In this document: piece after piece, positions 52,720-64,000 of the stretch | Layout: every line of letters begins with the position of its first letter | Numbering within the stretch: the stretch's first letter is position 1 | Origin: Camelus ferus | Taxonomy: Eukaryota | DNA: 64,000 nucleotides | Direction: 5' to 3' | Assembly (NCBI RefSeq): GCF_009834535.1 | Contig: NC_045696.1 | Coordinates: forward strand, 48,858,001 to 48,922,000 | The notes under the pieces: model-generated | Told to the model about the DNA's origin: nothing | Database searches by the model: none | The model's input: only the letters and a program-made list of their open reading frames with translations | Position numbers and translations under genes: made by a program

Positions 52720-52870
52720 CATCCTCCTTGTCTGAGCATAAGAGCCCCCAGTGACACCTGTTAAAAACACAGCTTTCTCAGCCCCATTCCAAAGCTATTC
52801 CATCAGGAACTTTCCCAGAGAATTTTTAACCCCCAGTAACTTTGACGATCAGCAAATTCGGGCTAACTGC
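52720..52870. mobile_element. MER5B-like remnant
   Basis: 'ctgttaaaaacacagctttctcagccccattcc...tttttaacccccagtaac'. Confidence 0.55.
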
Positions 52871-52935
52871 CACCGAACATGTCTGTGACCCTCCCTGACC
52901 TTTATTCTGTATCCTGCTGTCCCTTCTCCTAACAG

Positions 52936-52947
52936 GTACGCGTCAAG
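52936..52947 (+). other. Candidate 12-nt microexon (GTACGCGTCAAG) or recursive splice site
   Basis: Branch-like ccctgac, long pyrimidine tract containing TGC, acceptor taacag, 12 nt with two CpGs, donor AAG|gtaaac. Confidence 0.35.
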
Positions 52948-53744
52948 GTAAACAGAGCCAAAAACGTAAACTTTAATTCAGATTAGTTGTCTACGCTCTA
53001 GGAATAATCTCATCGCTATTTTCTTCTCACCACGTAAAGTCAAAGAATCTTAATATTAGGGTTATAAAAATCTTTTTCTAATGGATAGAACTTATAATAC
53101 TATTCAATATCAAATAGTATGTTTTAACTCACATCCTTGAAACCATTCAGGGTAAGAAGGAATGAGGGACAGTGTGTGAGGAGGAAGCAAACAATAGACC
53201 ATAGTTTTTTTCTCTCCCAAGAATGAGCCAGAAGGTTATGAGAAGCCTATTCCATGTCATAAAGTGAAATTACACAAGACTGATTGAGCTTAAAAGTTTT
53301 GTAGAAAAGGCCTGACCAACGATTTTAAAGAGACTACAGACCCCTGGTATACAAATAACCACAGATGTTTTAAGAAACTGCCTCGGACGCCAGTCTGTAA
53401 CCATGAATGTCTCTAAGTTAAGGCTGTAATTGTCTCTCCTACTCTTAAAAATTTCCAAGGACAGACACTTCAACATCTCTACATCATAGCTTTTTCTTAT
53501 GTATAATGGCTATTAATTTCTTACCAAAGTTCAAATTCACTAGGTTTGTTCACTTGGGCACATTATCATTACAAGATTAATAAGGAGGAATTTCAGAGAA
53601 AAAAGAGTCACGACCAACTGTCAAATCCAACTGCCATCTGCATTCTCCCTACAAGACTCCTTCATAGTCATCATTTAGCTTTGGCTTGAATGTTTCCAGT
53701 GAGGTGACCTGTGCATCTTTTGCCACTCCTATGAGAAAGCCCTT

Positions 53745-54115
53745 TCTTTTTTTTTTTTCTTTTTCTTTTTTAGATTCCACACATGAGTGATATCATATGG
53801 TACATGAACTCATCTACAAAACAGAAACAGACTCGCAGACATAGTAAACAATCTTATGATTACCCTGGAAAGGGGGTGGGAAAGGATAAATTTGGGAATT
53901 TGAGATTTACAAATGTTAGCCACTATATATAAAAACAAATTTTAAAAAGTTTGTTTTGTATAGTACAGGGAACTATGTTCAATATCTTGTAATAACCTTT
54001 AATGAAAAAGAATATGAAAACAAATATATGTTATGTATATGCATGACTGGGACATCGTGCTGCACACCAGAAACTGACACACTGTAACTGACTGTACTTC
54101 AATTAAAAAAAGAAA
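53745..54115 (+). mobile_element. Lineage-specific L1 3'UTR insertion, 5'-inverted
   Basis: 53745-~53802 antisense (ORF2 end plus A-rich spacer), then sense 3'UTR to A tail. TSD agaaagccctt at 53734-53744 and 54116-54126. Confidence 0.9.
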
Positions 54116-54373
54116 AGAAAGCCCTTCTTGTTCTAAGTCACACAAGTCCCTCTCCCCAGAACTTTTGCCCATTGCACCTAGTTCAACTCACTGAAGTCAT
54201 CTCAAGAAAGTCTGATCTTTCTTCCATTTGACATTTCTTACAAATATTGGCATCAAATCCGTTTGAAGCTTCTCGTCTCCCACCTAAAGTTCTCTAGTAG
54301 CTTTGACTCTTCCGTATAAGATACCATGTTGCTTGCTGCTTCTCACACTCTTGTTTGTTTTTGTCTTACAATC

Positions 54374-54829
54374 TGTGAAGACCCAATAACATCCCAAGAG
54401 AACAGCTGGAAGAGATCATCCAGAGGACATGAAGGCCAGCTGATTGGTAATCTGGACCCAGGCAACCAGAGGCTCCTCACCCCCCACTCTGTCCTGGGAA
54501 TCTACATTCTGCCCACCATTCCCACAGCCAGAGCCATTTTCAAGGATGCACCTAGAGAGAGCGATATGTTGTTCAGACCATCTGAATTGGATATATGACT
54601 GAACCCCATCATGATCTCTATATAAATGTTTAAGATTCTGGGGGGCAGGTGCAGAGATCTCGCTTGTGGCTGACCAACACAAGCCCTGTATGTAAGTCTT
54701 CTTGCTTATTAAACTTAGTATTCACCAATAGGGAGTAGCTTGCCTCTTTTTTGTCTCGGTCTCTATGTACACGTAGTGGCGGAGCAGTTTCAGATTTCAC
54801 CCAGGAACTCCCCAGGTTTTGAACTAACA
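54374..54829 (+). mobile_element. Solo ERV LTR (family uncertain, ERVL/MER74-like)
   Basis: TG...CA ends, TATA-like tatataaa at ~54619, attaaa at ~54708, then U5-like region. No TSD found. Confidence 0.6.
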
Positions 54830-57399
54830 GGAACAACACTATCACTTTCTTCATCGTTGTACTGTGCATCTAACAATGTATCTAAAGTTACAATTTTACT
54901 GTGCAGCCACATCACACTGCTGCCTCACAATGCACTTTCCGTGATGCAAGTTTCCTTCTTTTACATGTGTCCCTGCTAAAGAAACATCTATATTAAGTAC
55001 TTGTGAAGCTGTCTTTGGGCCCAGATGGCAGGCCCTCAGATTTGTTCATTTTGATAGATTTGCCTTTTATTTCAGCCTATAAAGATCATTTGGTCCTTAT
55101 TCTTTCATCCAGTATATTCATTATCATTCCCATCTAAAAAAAAAATCAATTTAGTTTTTTAACAGATTAAAAACTCTGAAAACACAGGACTATAGAAAAT
55201 TAAGAGAAGTCCCACAAAAGGGTAACTTGAAGCCACTATCCATTACCTTTTGTGGGTAATGTAACCAGTTACAAATCTTCTAATTGCACTGTCACTCATC
55301 TTCTTTTTCCTTCATGTCCAGGAGACTACCATGGAATGCCTTTTCCAGAAGGAATACAGTTAGAGAAAATTTAGAGAAACAATAAAACATTATGATTGGG
55401 CGGGAATTTCTAAATTACCTGATATCCTTTCAGGTAGAATTTTTAAAACCTCAGAAGCTCAAACTTCAATAATCTTATGCTTCAGATGAATATTTAGTAT
55501 TTATTCAACTTCCTTGCACTACTGAAAGTCTTCTGAAGAAACAAAATTCAGTTCAGTGTTATTTGTTCATCAAAGAAGTAGACAAATTTCTCTAAAAAGA
55601 ATGTGAAGACTACATAAACATCAGGCACAGGAAGCAGAAATGGATTTTGGTTGACCTTATTGGCAAATCAAAGACTCCTGAAAGCAATATGGTCCACTTT
55701 CCAAACCTATGCCAGGGTTCTGTGCATTAGCAGTTCATTTAAAAACAGCAGGATTCTATATGCAAATAGAACTTTTAGAACAAAATATTTCATCATTTTA
55801 ACATAAGATAATTTGATTTGTTCTCAAAACTAAGGGAAACAAACTCCAGCTGGCAGTGAGTGGATGACCAGGCAGGTAGAAAAGTAAGGGTTCCTTCAGG
55901 TGGGTCTCTCCCTGGCATTCAAGTTGACATCTTCCATCTGGCTCTGAAGATTTCCCAAGTCCCTCAGAATCTGGGACTTCAATTTAGAAAGCTGGTTCAT
56001 CCATTATTCATCATTACTTCACACCAAATTTCTGAATTAGTATCTGACCTGGAAAAAGAAAAGCCTGCTCCTTTAAATTTGAGGAGTTGTGCAGTAATGT
56101 GATGAAAGGTAACACAATGTGACAGATCAAAGGAAGGGCACCATTTGAGATTTTGAGACTCAATTTGAGATTTCTTTTATTCCACACACAAAAATTCTAG
56201 TTGCCAACCATCTCCAAACACCCCAACCTCCATCTGTCAAAATAATAATTGTCAAGGGAAAAAATGCATTAAAACTGTTGTAAATTCCCAACATGCTTTC
56301 TGATACAAAGTTTGATATTCTTTCTGCTGACTTCTTACTATGGACAAGAGCTGAGTTCTTACAATTTGGGTTTAAGGAGAAAGTGGTTTTTACTAAGAGA
56401 AATGACAAATGAGATCAGACCAAGCTAATCCTATGGTGCAAATATCCCATTCCTTTCTTTTGGTCCTAGGAAGTATATTTCAGGGAAGTCTAATAGTTAC
56501 ATAACCAATGCCATTAGGTGGTTTTTAGCTGGGTTTGTTTCTATGACAGGGTCACGCTCAGCCTGTAGCAGCACAAGTAATGAGTGAAATGCAAATGTTT
56601 GAAGTGTTTGCTGTTGCAAGTGAAAGAGAATCTGTTTACCAAGAGGAGAGCTGGACTGTGGAGTTCCGGAGGAGAAAGGGCTCCCTGAGCCAATAGAACC
56701 TAAGACTGCTGTTGTCAGTTCAAATAATAGGACCACACACAACTGTGTTAATTGCCAGGAGGCAGGTCTGAGAGGGTCTCTTAATTCGGATGAATGGATT
56801 ACTACCCAAAATTTTCAGCTTACTGTCAGGGTTTCCACTGTCTTCTCTAAAGCTGGCTCATTTAAAAGCCAGGTTTGGAAGCTGTGTGCAGTGAATATAA
56901 ATGATCCCAAGCTGAGGGACCTCTGCAGACAGACCCAGGTAGTCTTATTACCAATGCTAATAACACTCTGCTTGTCAACTGTTGGGCTGTATGTGTCCTG
57001 GGTTTTGACATCTCTGCATTTCTGCATGTTGTGTATAGATGTGCTAAGAGTCTGACTCACAGGGAGAATACCAACACCAAGTCTTAACGGCAGGATGGAA
57101 AGAATGCCACTGTGCAATAAAGACAGTGGTGTGTGCTGTGAAGACTAGTGGAGATGTCCACTGCAGTCTGTCTACCACAGTACGGCCTGCATGAATGAAT
57201 AGATCACAAGCAGTCAAATGAACAATCAGCCAAGGGATCTACATAATAACTGATGAAGATAAAGCAGACCCAACAAAGTCTCTTCAATAGGAGCCTGTAA
57301 TAGTCTTTCACATGAATGAACAGCCACATGAAATAAACACTGCATTAAAACGGAATCTTTACCTTTGAGGGTCTTGAAAATGCTATTTAGACTACGTAT

Positions 57400-57780
57400 A
57401 TTGAGTAAGCCATTGTGAGCCAAGCCATATCCTGGGTTCTGGAGACAAAGAAAAAGCAAAGTTAGAAAGTAAGAGAAATCCTCTTGCTCCTAGATCCCTC
57501 CCTAGTGGGAAAAGAGACTGATGATTACAATTCAGTGTGAGAAGTCAGACCTGAGGTCAGGGAAGGAATGGGTCATTTGGGCTGAGGGCTTGAATTTTGT
57601 CTTTAAATAAACCAGATTTCAAATTATGGCCCTGCTGCTTACTAATCAAGTCCTTTGAGCAAGTTGCAGTTGTCTTATGTTTAAAACAGTGATGACAAAA
57701 TCCAAGTCCTAAATTGTGAGGATGAGGGGAAACAGTATACGAAGAGCGCTTGAAAAAGGGCCTGCCTCTATCAGTGTAAA
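57400..57780. mobile_element. L2 3' end (antisense) followed by MIR (sense)
   Basis: 'ttgagtaagccattgtgagccaagccatatcctgggttctggagac'; 'gccctgctgcttactaatc...gagcaagttg'. Confidence 0.6.
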
Positions 57781-58009
57781 GAATATTTCCATTGTCTCAG
57801 AAAGAGTAATCTTCACACTCCACTCAATGTTCCAGGAAAGTTTTTTAAATGATTGACCTAAACATTTCCCCTGAGAAAAGAATACTGTAGGTTTCCATTA
57901 GAAAATATGATAGAACTGAAAGTCTGAGTAGGTACTTGAGCCATCCCATACAAAAATCAAACCAATGATCCCCAGTCAGGAGTCCTGAACCCACGTTACA
58001 AATCTTTTT

Positions 58010-60540
58010 TGTAACTGTTTTATTTTGGCAAAATATCAAATATACAAAAAAGTTGGAAGAAATGCCTGTGAACCCTTTTCCCAGATTTACCGGTGGTTTA
58101 CACTTTGCCTCATTTGCTCTGTCATTCTGAGCTGCTTGAGAGTAAATCGGAGATACAATGTCCCTTTGCCCCTATCTACTCCAGTCTGTGTTCCTTGGAC
58201 ATTCTCTTGCATAGACACAGTACAATGATCAAAATCAGGAAATTTAACATTCATAATATCACCTAAGCCACAGTCCACATTCAATTTTCAACAATTGTTT
58301 CAATATTTCCTTTACAACTTTTCTTTTTCCTGGTCCAGAATCCAATTTAGGATCACACATAGCATTTGTCTTCTCTTTTATCTCCTTTAATCTGAGAAAG
58401 CTCTTTGTCTTTCTATTTTGAAAATTAAAAAAAAAATGTCAAATGTCTGATTTGTTTGATGTTTCTTCATGATTAGATTCAGGTCAGTTATCTTGGGCAG
58501 GAATAAAAGAGAAATGTTGTTATGTCTTCCTAAGTGTACCATGTCAAAAGGCACATTAAATTTTTTTGTTCCAATATTGAACACACAGTTTTAATCACTT
58601 AGTTAAGATGATAGCTACCAGTTTTCTTCCCTCCCCCCAAAGTTACTACTTTTTCTCTGTATTTAATAAATAATTTGTGGGGAGGTAATTATTCTGATCA
58701 TCACCAAATTCCCCTCACTAGTTTTAGCTTCCATTGATGATTTCTAACGTCATCATTCCTTCTTCATTTACTAAGTGCCATTCGAGAATCAGAAAGAGCT
58801 TTCTCTTCTTCTCCTTTTATTTGTTCAATTACTTATTTATGTTAATATGAACTTATGCATCCTTATTTTATTTAATGGGCTTTAGTCCATTACTATCATT
58901 ATGGATTTTAATGCTCATATCCCTCCAAGTTTGGTTAGTGGGTCTCCCTTTAAGATAAGCCATGTGATTTTTTAATACACTGCCACAATTCTTTGATCAT
59001 TTACTCACTTTCTGTCACACAGACATTCTAGGCTTTTCTTACACTTTTCATATCCCAGCCCTAGAATCACACATTTCTCCAAGGAGCCCTACTTCCTGTT
59101 AATGGAGAACTGTATGAAACAACCAATATTTGACCCCAGTGTGTTCACTGTTACTAGTGTATCATTGTTTCCAGGCTCTCTCAACAGTGGACAGTGCTAG
59201 AAATATATATATATAATTTATAAAATATTATAAATATATATGTATTTATTCAGAATTTTGAATTCATACTGATATCACCAATTCCAATCCAAAACAATAG
59301 CCTACATTCAAATGTTACCTCTTTTAACTTCTGTAAATCTGTTACTAACTGCATAAAATCTGGCCGCCATTATTATTTTCATTGCTTTTACTCATTTGCT
59401 TAATCCTAGAATTCACACAGAGTAGTTTCAGAGTTGTTAAATGATAGCACTGCATGAAGGAAGCCTACTAATTAGAGTTCAGTATTTGCATAACAGTGTA
59501 GGGGGTTAGGTAAAACGTACATTTCATGAAATTCATAAATCTTAAGTATATAATTGGATGAGTTTTGACAAATGCATGTATTCATATAACCCAAACCCCT
59601 ATCAATATTCGAAATGTTTTCATCATCTCAGAAAGATGTCTTGTGCTCCTTCCAAGTCAATCCCCCATTCCCAGAGCAACTACTTCTCTGCTTTTATTTA
59701 CCATACATTAGCTTCCTAATTTAGAACTTTACATAAATGAAATCACACAATATATGTGTGCCAATATATCACACAATATATTTGTGTCCAGTTTTTTTTG
59801 TTCAGCATTTCTGTGAGATTTATATATGAGGTAGTTTATATCAGGCATTTATTCCTGAGTAGTATTCCACTGTATGGTTATACCACAATTTGTTTATTAA
59901 TTCTGTTAATGAATATTTGGATAATTCTCAGCTTGGGGCTCTTATGAATAAAGTTCTATGAACATTCATGTACAAGTCCTATTTTGGAAATATGCTCTAA
60001 TTTTTCTTGGAGAAACAGCTAAAAATTAAATTGCTAAGTCAGAATAAGTATACATTTAACTTCATAAGAAATTACCAAACATTTTTGCCAAAGTGATTCT
60101 ACCATTGTACAATCCCAAATGATGTTTCCATGTATTTCATCTACTTTCTCACCAAATTCTATCTAAATTCTCACCAAAATTTGGCATTGTCAGTTCTTTT
60201 AATTTTAGCCATTAGAGTGAGCATGTAGAATTATCTCACATGGTTCCAATCTTCATTTACTCTAAGGACTAATGACGCTGACCAGTAATTCAGGCGATTA
60301 TGTCCATTCATGTACCTTCATTTTTGAAGCATCTGTTCAGTCTTTTGCTTTTTGTATATTAGATTGCTTTATAATTGCATCATAGTAATTTTATAACGTA
60401 TTCAAGATATTGGTCTTCTTTGAAATATGTGTTTAGCAAATTTTTTTCCTGGTGCATGGATCGTTTATTTGCTTAAAAGTGTCTTTTGATGAGCATACAT
60501 TTCTAAATTTGATAAAGTCTAATTTATAATTTTTCTACAG
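58010..60540 (-). mobile_element. Old L1MC/ME 3' regions (antisense, composite)
   Basis: 'cacagtacaatgatcaaaatcaggaaatttaacatt', 'gagtagtattccactgtatggttataccacaatttgttta', 'ttttaattttagccatt'. Confidence 0.85.
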
Positions 60541-62400
60541 AGTCCTGATCAGCGCAAGTATGTAAGAAAACTAGCAAAAAGCTGGAGAAAAATTTCCCCA
60601 GAGGATAAAACAGAACAATCCTCAGCATCTGCATAGGAATGATAGTAATGTCTCTTCCCACTAGCCAAACTGTAAAACCTTCATGGGGACATTAGGTAAA
60701 GAAGAGTCTTGCCTCAATAGTAAGAAATAATTAATTCTATATTGAATGCTGTTCTGGTCCACCTAACAAATTTTAAAAGCAAGAGTCAAAAGTATCAACC
60801 TGCTTCCAAGTCATTTAACTACACCCCAGAACAAAGTTTAAGAATATTTTTATGAATACAAAAGTATCCAACATCCAACAAGATATAATTCACAAAGTCT
60901 GGTAAATCATCAAAAGTTACATGACATGCAGAGAAACAGAAAAATGTGAGCCATAATGAGAAGAAAGTTCAATGAAAACCAAACTGACATTGACATTAGA
61001 ATATCAAAGAAGGGTATTAAAACAGTTCTTACAACTGTATTCTATTTATTTAAAAAGATAGAGGGAAGACTAATCATGATAAGTAGAGCTATAAAAGATA
61101 TTAAATGACTAAAATCTAATTTCTAGGGGTGAAAACTACAATCTCTAAAATGAAAATAAACTGGATGGGATTGAAAGTAGATTATATATTGCATGAGAAA
61201 ATATTAATAAACTTGAAGATATAACAATATAAACTATCTAAAGTGAAACACAGTGAAAAAGGATTCCAAATATGAAAGAACAGAGTGTCAGTGAGATGTG
61301 GGACAAATTCCAGCAACCTAGTACAAGTGGAATTGGAGTACCAAAAGAAAGAAGAGAGAGGAGAGGAGAAAAAGTATGTATAGAAAAATTTCCCCAATTT
61401 TTTCCAAATATATAAATCTACCAATCCAAGAAGTTCAATGAACCCAAAACAATAGAAACATGAAAATAACTACACTAAGTCACACAGTAAACAAATTGCT
61501 CAAAAATGTGACAAAGAGGAAATATTAAAATCAGTCTGACAAAAAGGACACAATACATAGTGAGAAATATACTTCGAAAGTACTTTAAAAAATCTGTCAA
61601 TCCAGAGGTATATATTCAGTGAAAATGCCTTTCAAACATAAAAGCAACAATCTAACCATGAAACACACATACACACATATCAAACAAATTCCGATATACA
61701 GGCATTCTACAAAATACCTGACCAGTACCTCTCAACACTATTAAAGACATCAAAATAATGAAAGTCTGAGTGTCACAGTTAAAAAAGTCTAATGAGACAT
61801 GACAACTAAATGTATTATGGTATAATGGATGGGATCCTGGAAAAAAAAATGAATTAGATAAAAGCCAAGAAAATCTGAATAAACTTTAATGAAAACATAT
61901 AATTAATAATAATATATCAATATTGGTTCATGAATTATAGCAAATATATCATGTTAAGGTAAAATGTTAATAAAGGAAAAAACTAGGTCTGGAATCCATG
62001 GGAACTCTCTATAATATCTTTTACTTTTTCTATAAATTTAAAACTGTTCTAAAAAGTAAAGTCTATGAAATATGAAGGCAAAATACTTTCCAGGTACACA
62101 AACAAAGAATACATCACCTGTAGACCACATGACAAAAAATTTTAAAGGAATCCTCCACTCAGAAAGAAAATGATCCATGATGGAGAAATATGGATCTATG
62201 CAAAATAATGGAGAACACTAGAAATGATAACTCTTTCCCTTTGTTAGTTAGAGACCTTTAAAATATAATTGACTATTTTAAAAGCTAATTGAAGAAAAAT
62301 TACAATGTAACATTGGGATTACAACATATAGAGAAGTAAAATATATGAGACCAATAGCTTATAGACCAAGAAGGGAGAAATGAAAATACACTCCTACAAG
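60540..62400 (+). mobile_element. Old L1M 5'/ORF1 region (sense)
   Basis: 'aactggatgggattgaaagtagatta', 'aattggagtaccaaaaga', 'atccaagaagttcaatgaaccc' are ORF1 remnants. Confidence 0.8.
61650..62067 (+). mobile_element. L1MD-like 3' end nested in L1 ORF1
   Basis: 'cattctacaaaatacctgaccagtac...gagacatgacaactaaatg...gggaactctct'; decayed TSD aaacataaaagcaa / aaatatgaaggcaa. Confidence 0.75.
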
Positions 62401-62404
62401 ATTA

Positions 62405-62940
62405 CTGGGGATCTGTTTTTCTTGTACTCTTCAGATTGGATAATTTCTATTGTTCACTGAGCATTCCTCTGCCACCTAAATCAGCTTAACCCCATCCAGT
62501 GAATTTTTCCATTTTAAATATTGCATTCTTAAATTCTAGAATTTCCATTTGATTCTTTTTCAGGCTGAAATTCCTTATCTGTTTATTCATTAAGACCATG
62601 ATTTCCTTTATACACCTGTCATATTTATAAAAGCTACTTTTAAAGTCCTTGTCTACTAAGTCCAACATCTGATTCAGCTCATCATCTCCTTCTACTGACT
62701 TGGACTGGAAATATCCTCCGGTGGAAACCCATATAAAAGTTAAATTGACCCAGTTCAGTGCCTGCCACCGTTTCTTTTTTTATTATTATTATTTCTTTTG
62801 TCACTCTCCTTTGCCTTTGTATAGTCATGTATGTGTGTGTTTGTTTTTCACTATTTTGACCGAAGTTTATGATTGTTATCTGTGAGAAGGATAGTCCAAT
62901 ACAGTCTATTCTACCATTACTAAAAGCATAACTTCTTCAA
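62405..62940 (-). mobile_element. Old L1M ORF1 fragment (antisense)
   Basis: Minus ORF 62486..62668 'KKNQMEILEFKNAIFKMEKF' resembles the L1 ORF1 coiled coil. Confidence 0.8.
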
Positions 62941-63079
62941 GATGTTTTAAACTTGTAGAAAGTACATGTTTTCTGCCATCATGTTGAAGAAGAGAGCAGG
63001 AAGACTTTTTTTTCCTTTGAACTGAAATCTTAAGAACTAAGTATATATAACCCTTAGCTATGGCCTACTGATCTCATCT

Positions 63080-63830
63080 GTCTTCCAATATTCACTCAAA
63101 AATATTGTCAACTATGTGGCAGTCACTTCTGTAAGCATAGAGGAGATAATAATTGAATAAGATAAAGCCTTTGTCTGTAAAACTTATATTTAACAACCAT
63201 TATATTAAGTTTTAATCTCACTAAAAAATAAGTGACGTAAGAACAAGTTAGTAGAACAAAGAGTTATTAGGTGATAGGAGGGGTGGAACTATTTACACTG
63301 GGTGGTTAGAGAAGGCCTCTTCTGGACAGGTAATATATGAACCACAACCTAAATTCTTTCTAAATGGTTAGAAAGAATTAAATATGATAAAATCTAACGA
63401 TTGGCTTCTCAGTATATCTGAGGATAAACGTCTTAGATATTTAAGGATACTTCTCCCTTGGAAATATTGACATTTGGGGCCAAAAAAAGAAAGAGAAGAA
63501 GGCTGTCCTGTGCACTACAGGATGTTTATCAGGATCCCTATTATCTACCCACCAGACAGCAGCACCCCTCACCCCAGATTTTGATGATGAAAAATGTCTA
63601 CAGTTATTGCCAACCATCCCCTGAGGGGCAAAACCACCTCCAGTTGAGAGTCACTAATCTAGATGAAGAATATTTCAGGCATAAGTTATTATAAGGGCAA
63701 AGATTTTGAGACAAGAACAAGTCCAGCAAGCTCAAGCAAGAAAAAGAAGGGCAGTGGAGCTGACAGCTAGTGAGGGAGTAGAAATGTTAAGATGGGTTCT
63801 GAAAGATGAGAGAAGACTATATAATTGCTT
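63080..63830 (-). mobile_element. L2 (antisense) interrupted by MER20
   Basis: 'attcactcaaaaatattgtcaactatgtggcagtcac', 'gggtggttagagaaggcctct'. Confidence 0.75.
63445..63657 (-). mobile_element. MER20 (hAT-Charlie)
   Basis: 'tattgacatttggggcc...ggctgtcctgtgcactacaggatgttta...cccctgaggggcaaaaccacctccagttgagagtcact'. Confidence 0.9.
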
Positions 63831-64000
63831 AGTGTAGAAGGAGAAAATGAATAATTATTCATTTAATGCAGTCTGATTGAAATACATAGATATAGATACA
63901 TACCCATGAGGGTTGGTGAATTATAAAGGTTCTTTGTAAAGAAGTATTTGTGGACTATTTTAGAACACAAGAAGATGTGGCCTGGAGGCAAGGAGTTACA

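Larger units (their letters stand above)
53600..55360 (-). mobile_element. CR1/L3-like remnant fragmented by an L1 and an LTR
   Basis: 'ggcttgaatgtttccagtgagg', 'aacttttgcccattgcacctagtt', 'gcagccacatcacactgctgcctcaca' resemble antisense L3. Confidence 0.55.

Noticed and set aside
1700..57060. Scattered AP-1 (TGAGTCA/TGACTCA) motifs
   Set aside because: Dispersed and not clearly above the expectation for a 7-mer; no tight cluster.
57400..57480. Strong minus-strand acceptor with ctaac branch point
   Set aside because: Falls in an L2 3' end remnant; no supporting exon or donor.
61100..62700. Oppositely oriented L1 ORF1 relics as a long inverted repeat
   Set aside because: Too diverged to pair well; probably independent old insertions.

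Overview
AT-rich, CpG-depleted eutherian genomic DNA, intronic or intergenic. I recognise no host protein-coding exon, RNA gene or CpG island. Much of the window is transposable element remnants: old MIR, L2, CR1/L3, L1M, MLT1/MLT2 solo LTRs and hAT elements (MER5, MER20, MER53, MER58, MER81, Charlie1), plus three younger L1 insertions. The young L1 3'UTRs are cetartiodactyl-type and resemble camelid L1 (from memory), and I see no young SINEs. The only clearly protein-derived ORFs are the broken L1 ORF2 C-terminus at about 33.95-35.28 kb. Points worth following up: (1) all three young L1s are 5'-inverted (twin-primed) with visible target-site duplications (TSDs), two with breakpoints close to the poly-A tail; (2) a four-level nested TE stack at 33.1-36.2 kb; (3) a candidate 12-nt microexon or recursive splice site at 52936-52947; (4) a roughly 200-codon, single-stop, APE-endonuclease-like frame at 11.3-11.9 kb; (5) several TE-free, homeodomain-motif-rich blocks that may be conserved enhancers. 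I found no strong evidence of a novel multi-gene system. Repeat family names come from recalled consensus sequences, not a database search, and boundaries of old repeats are approximate.
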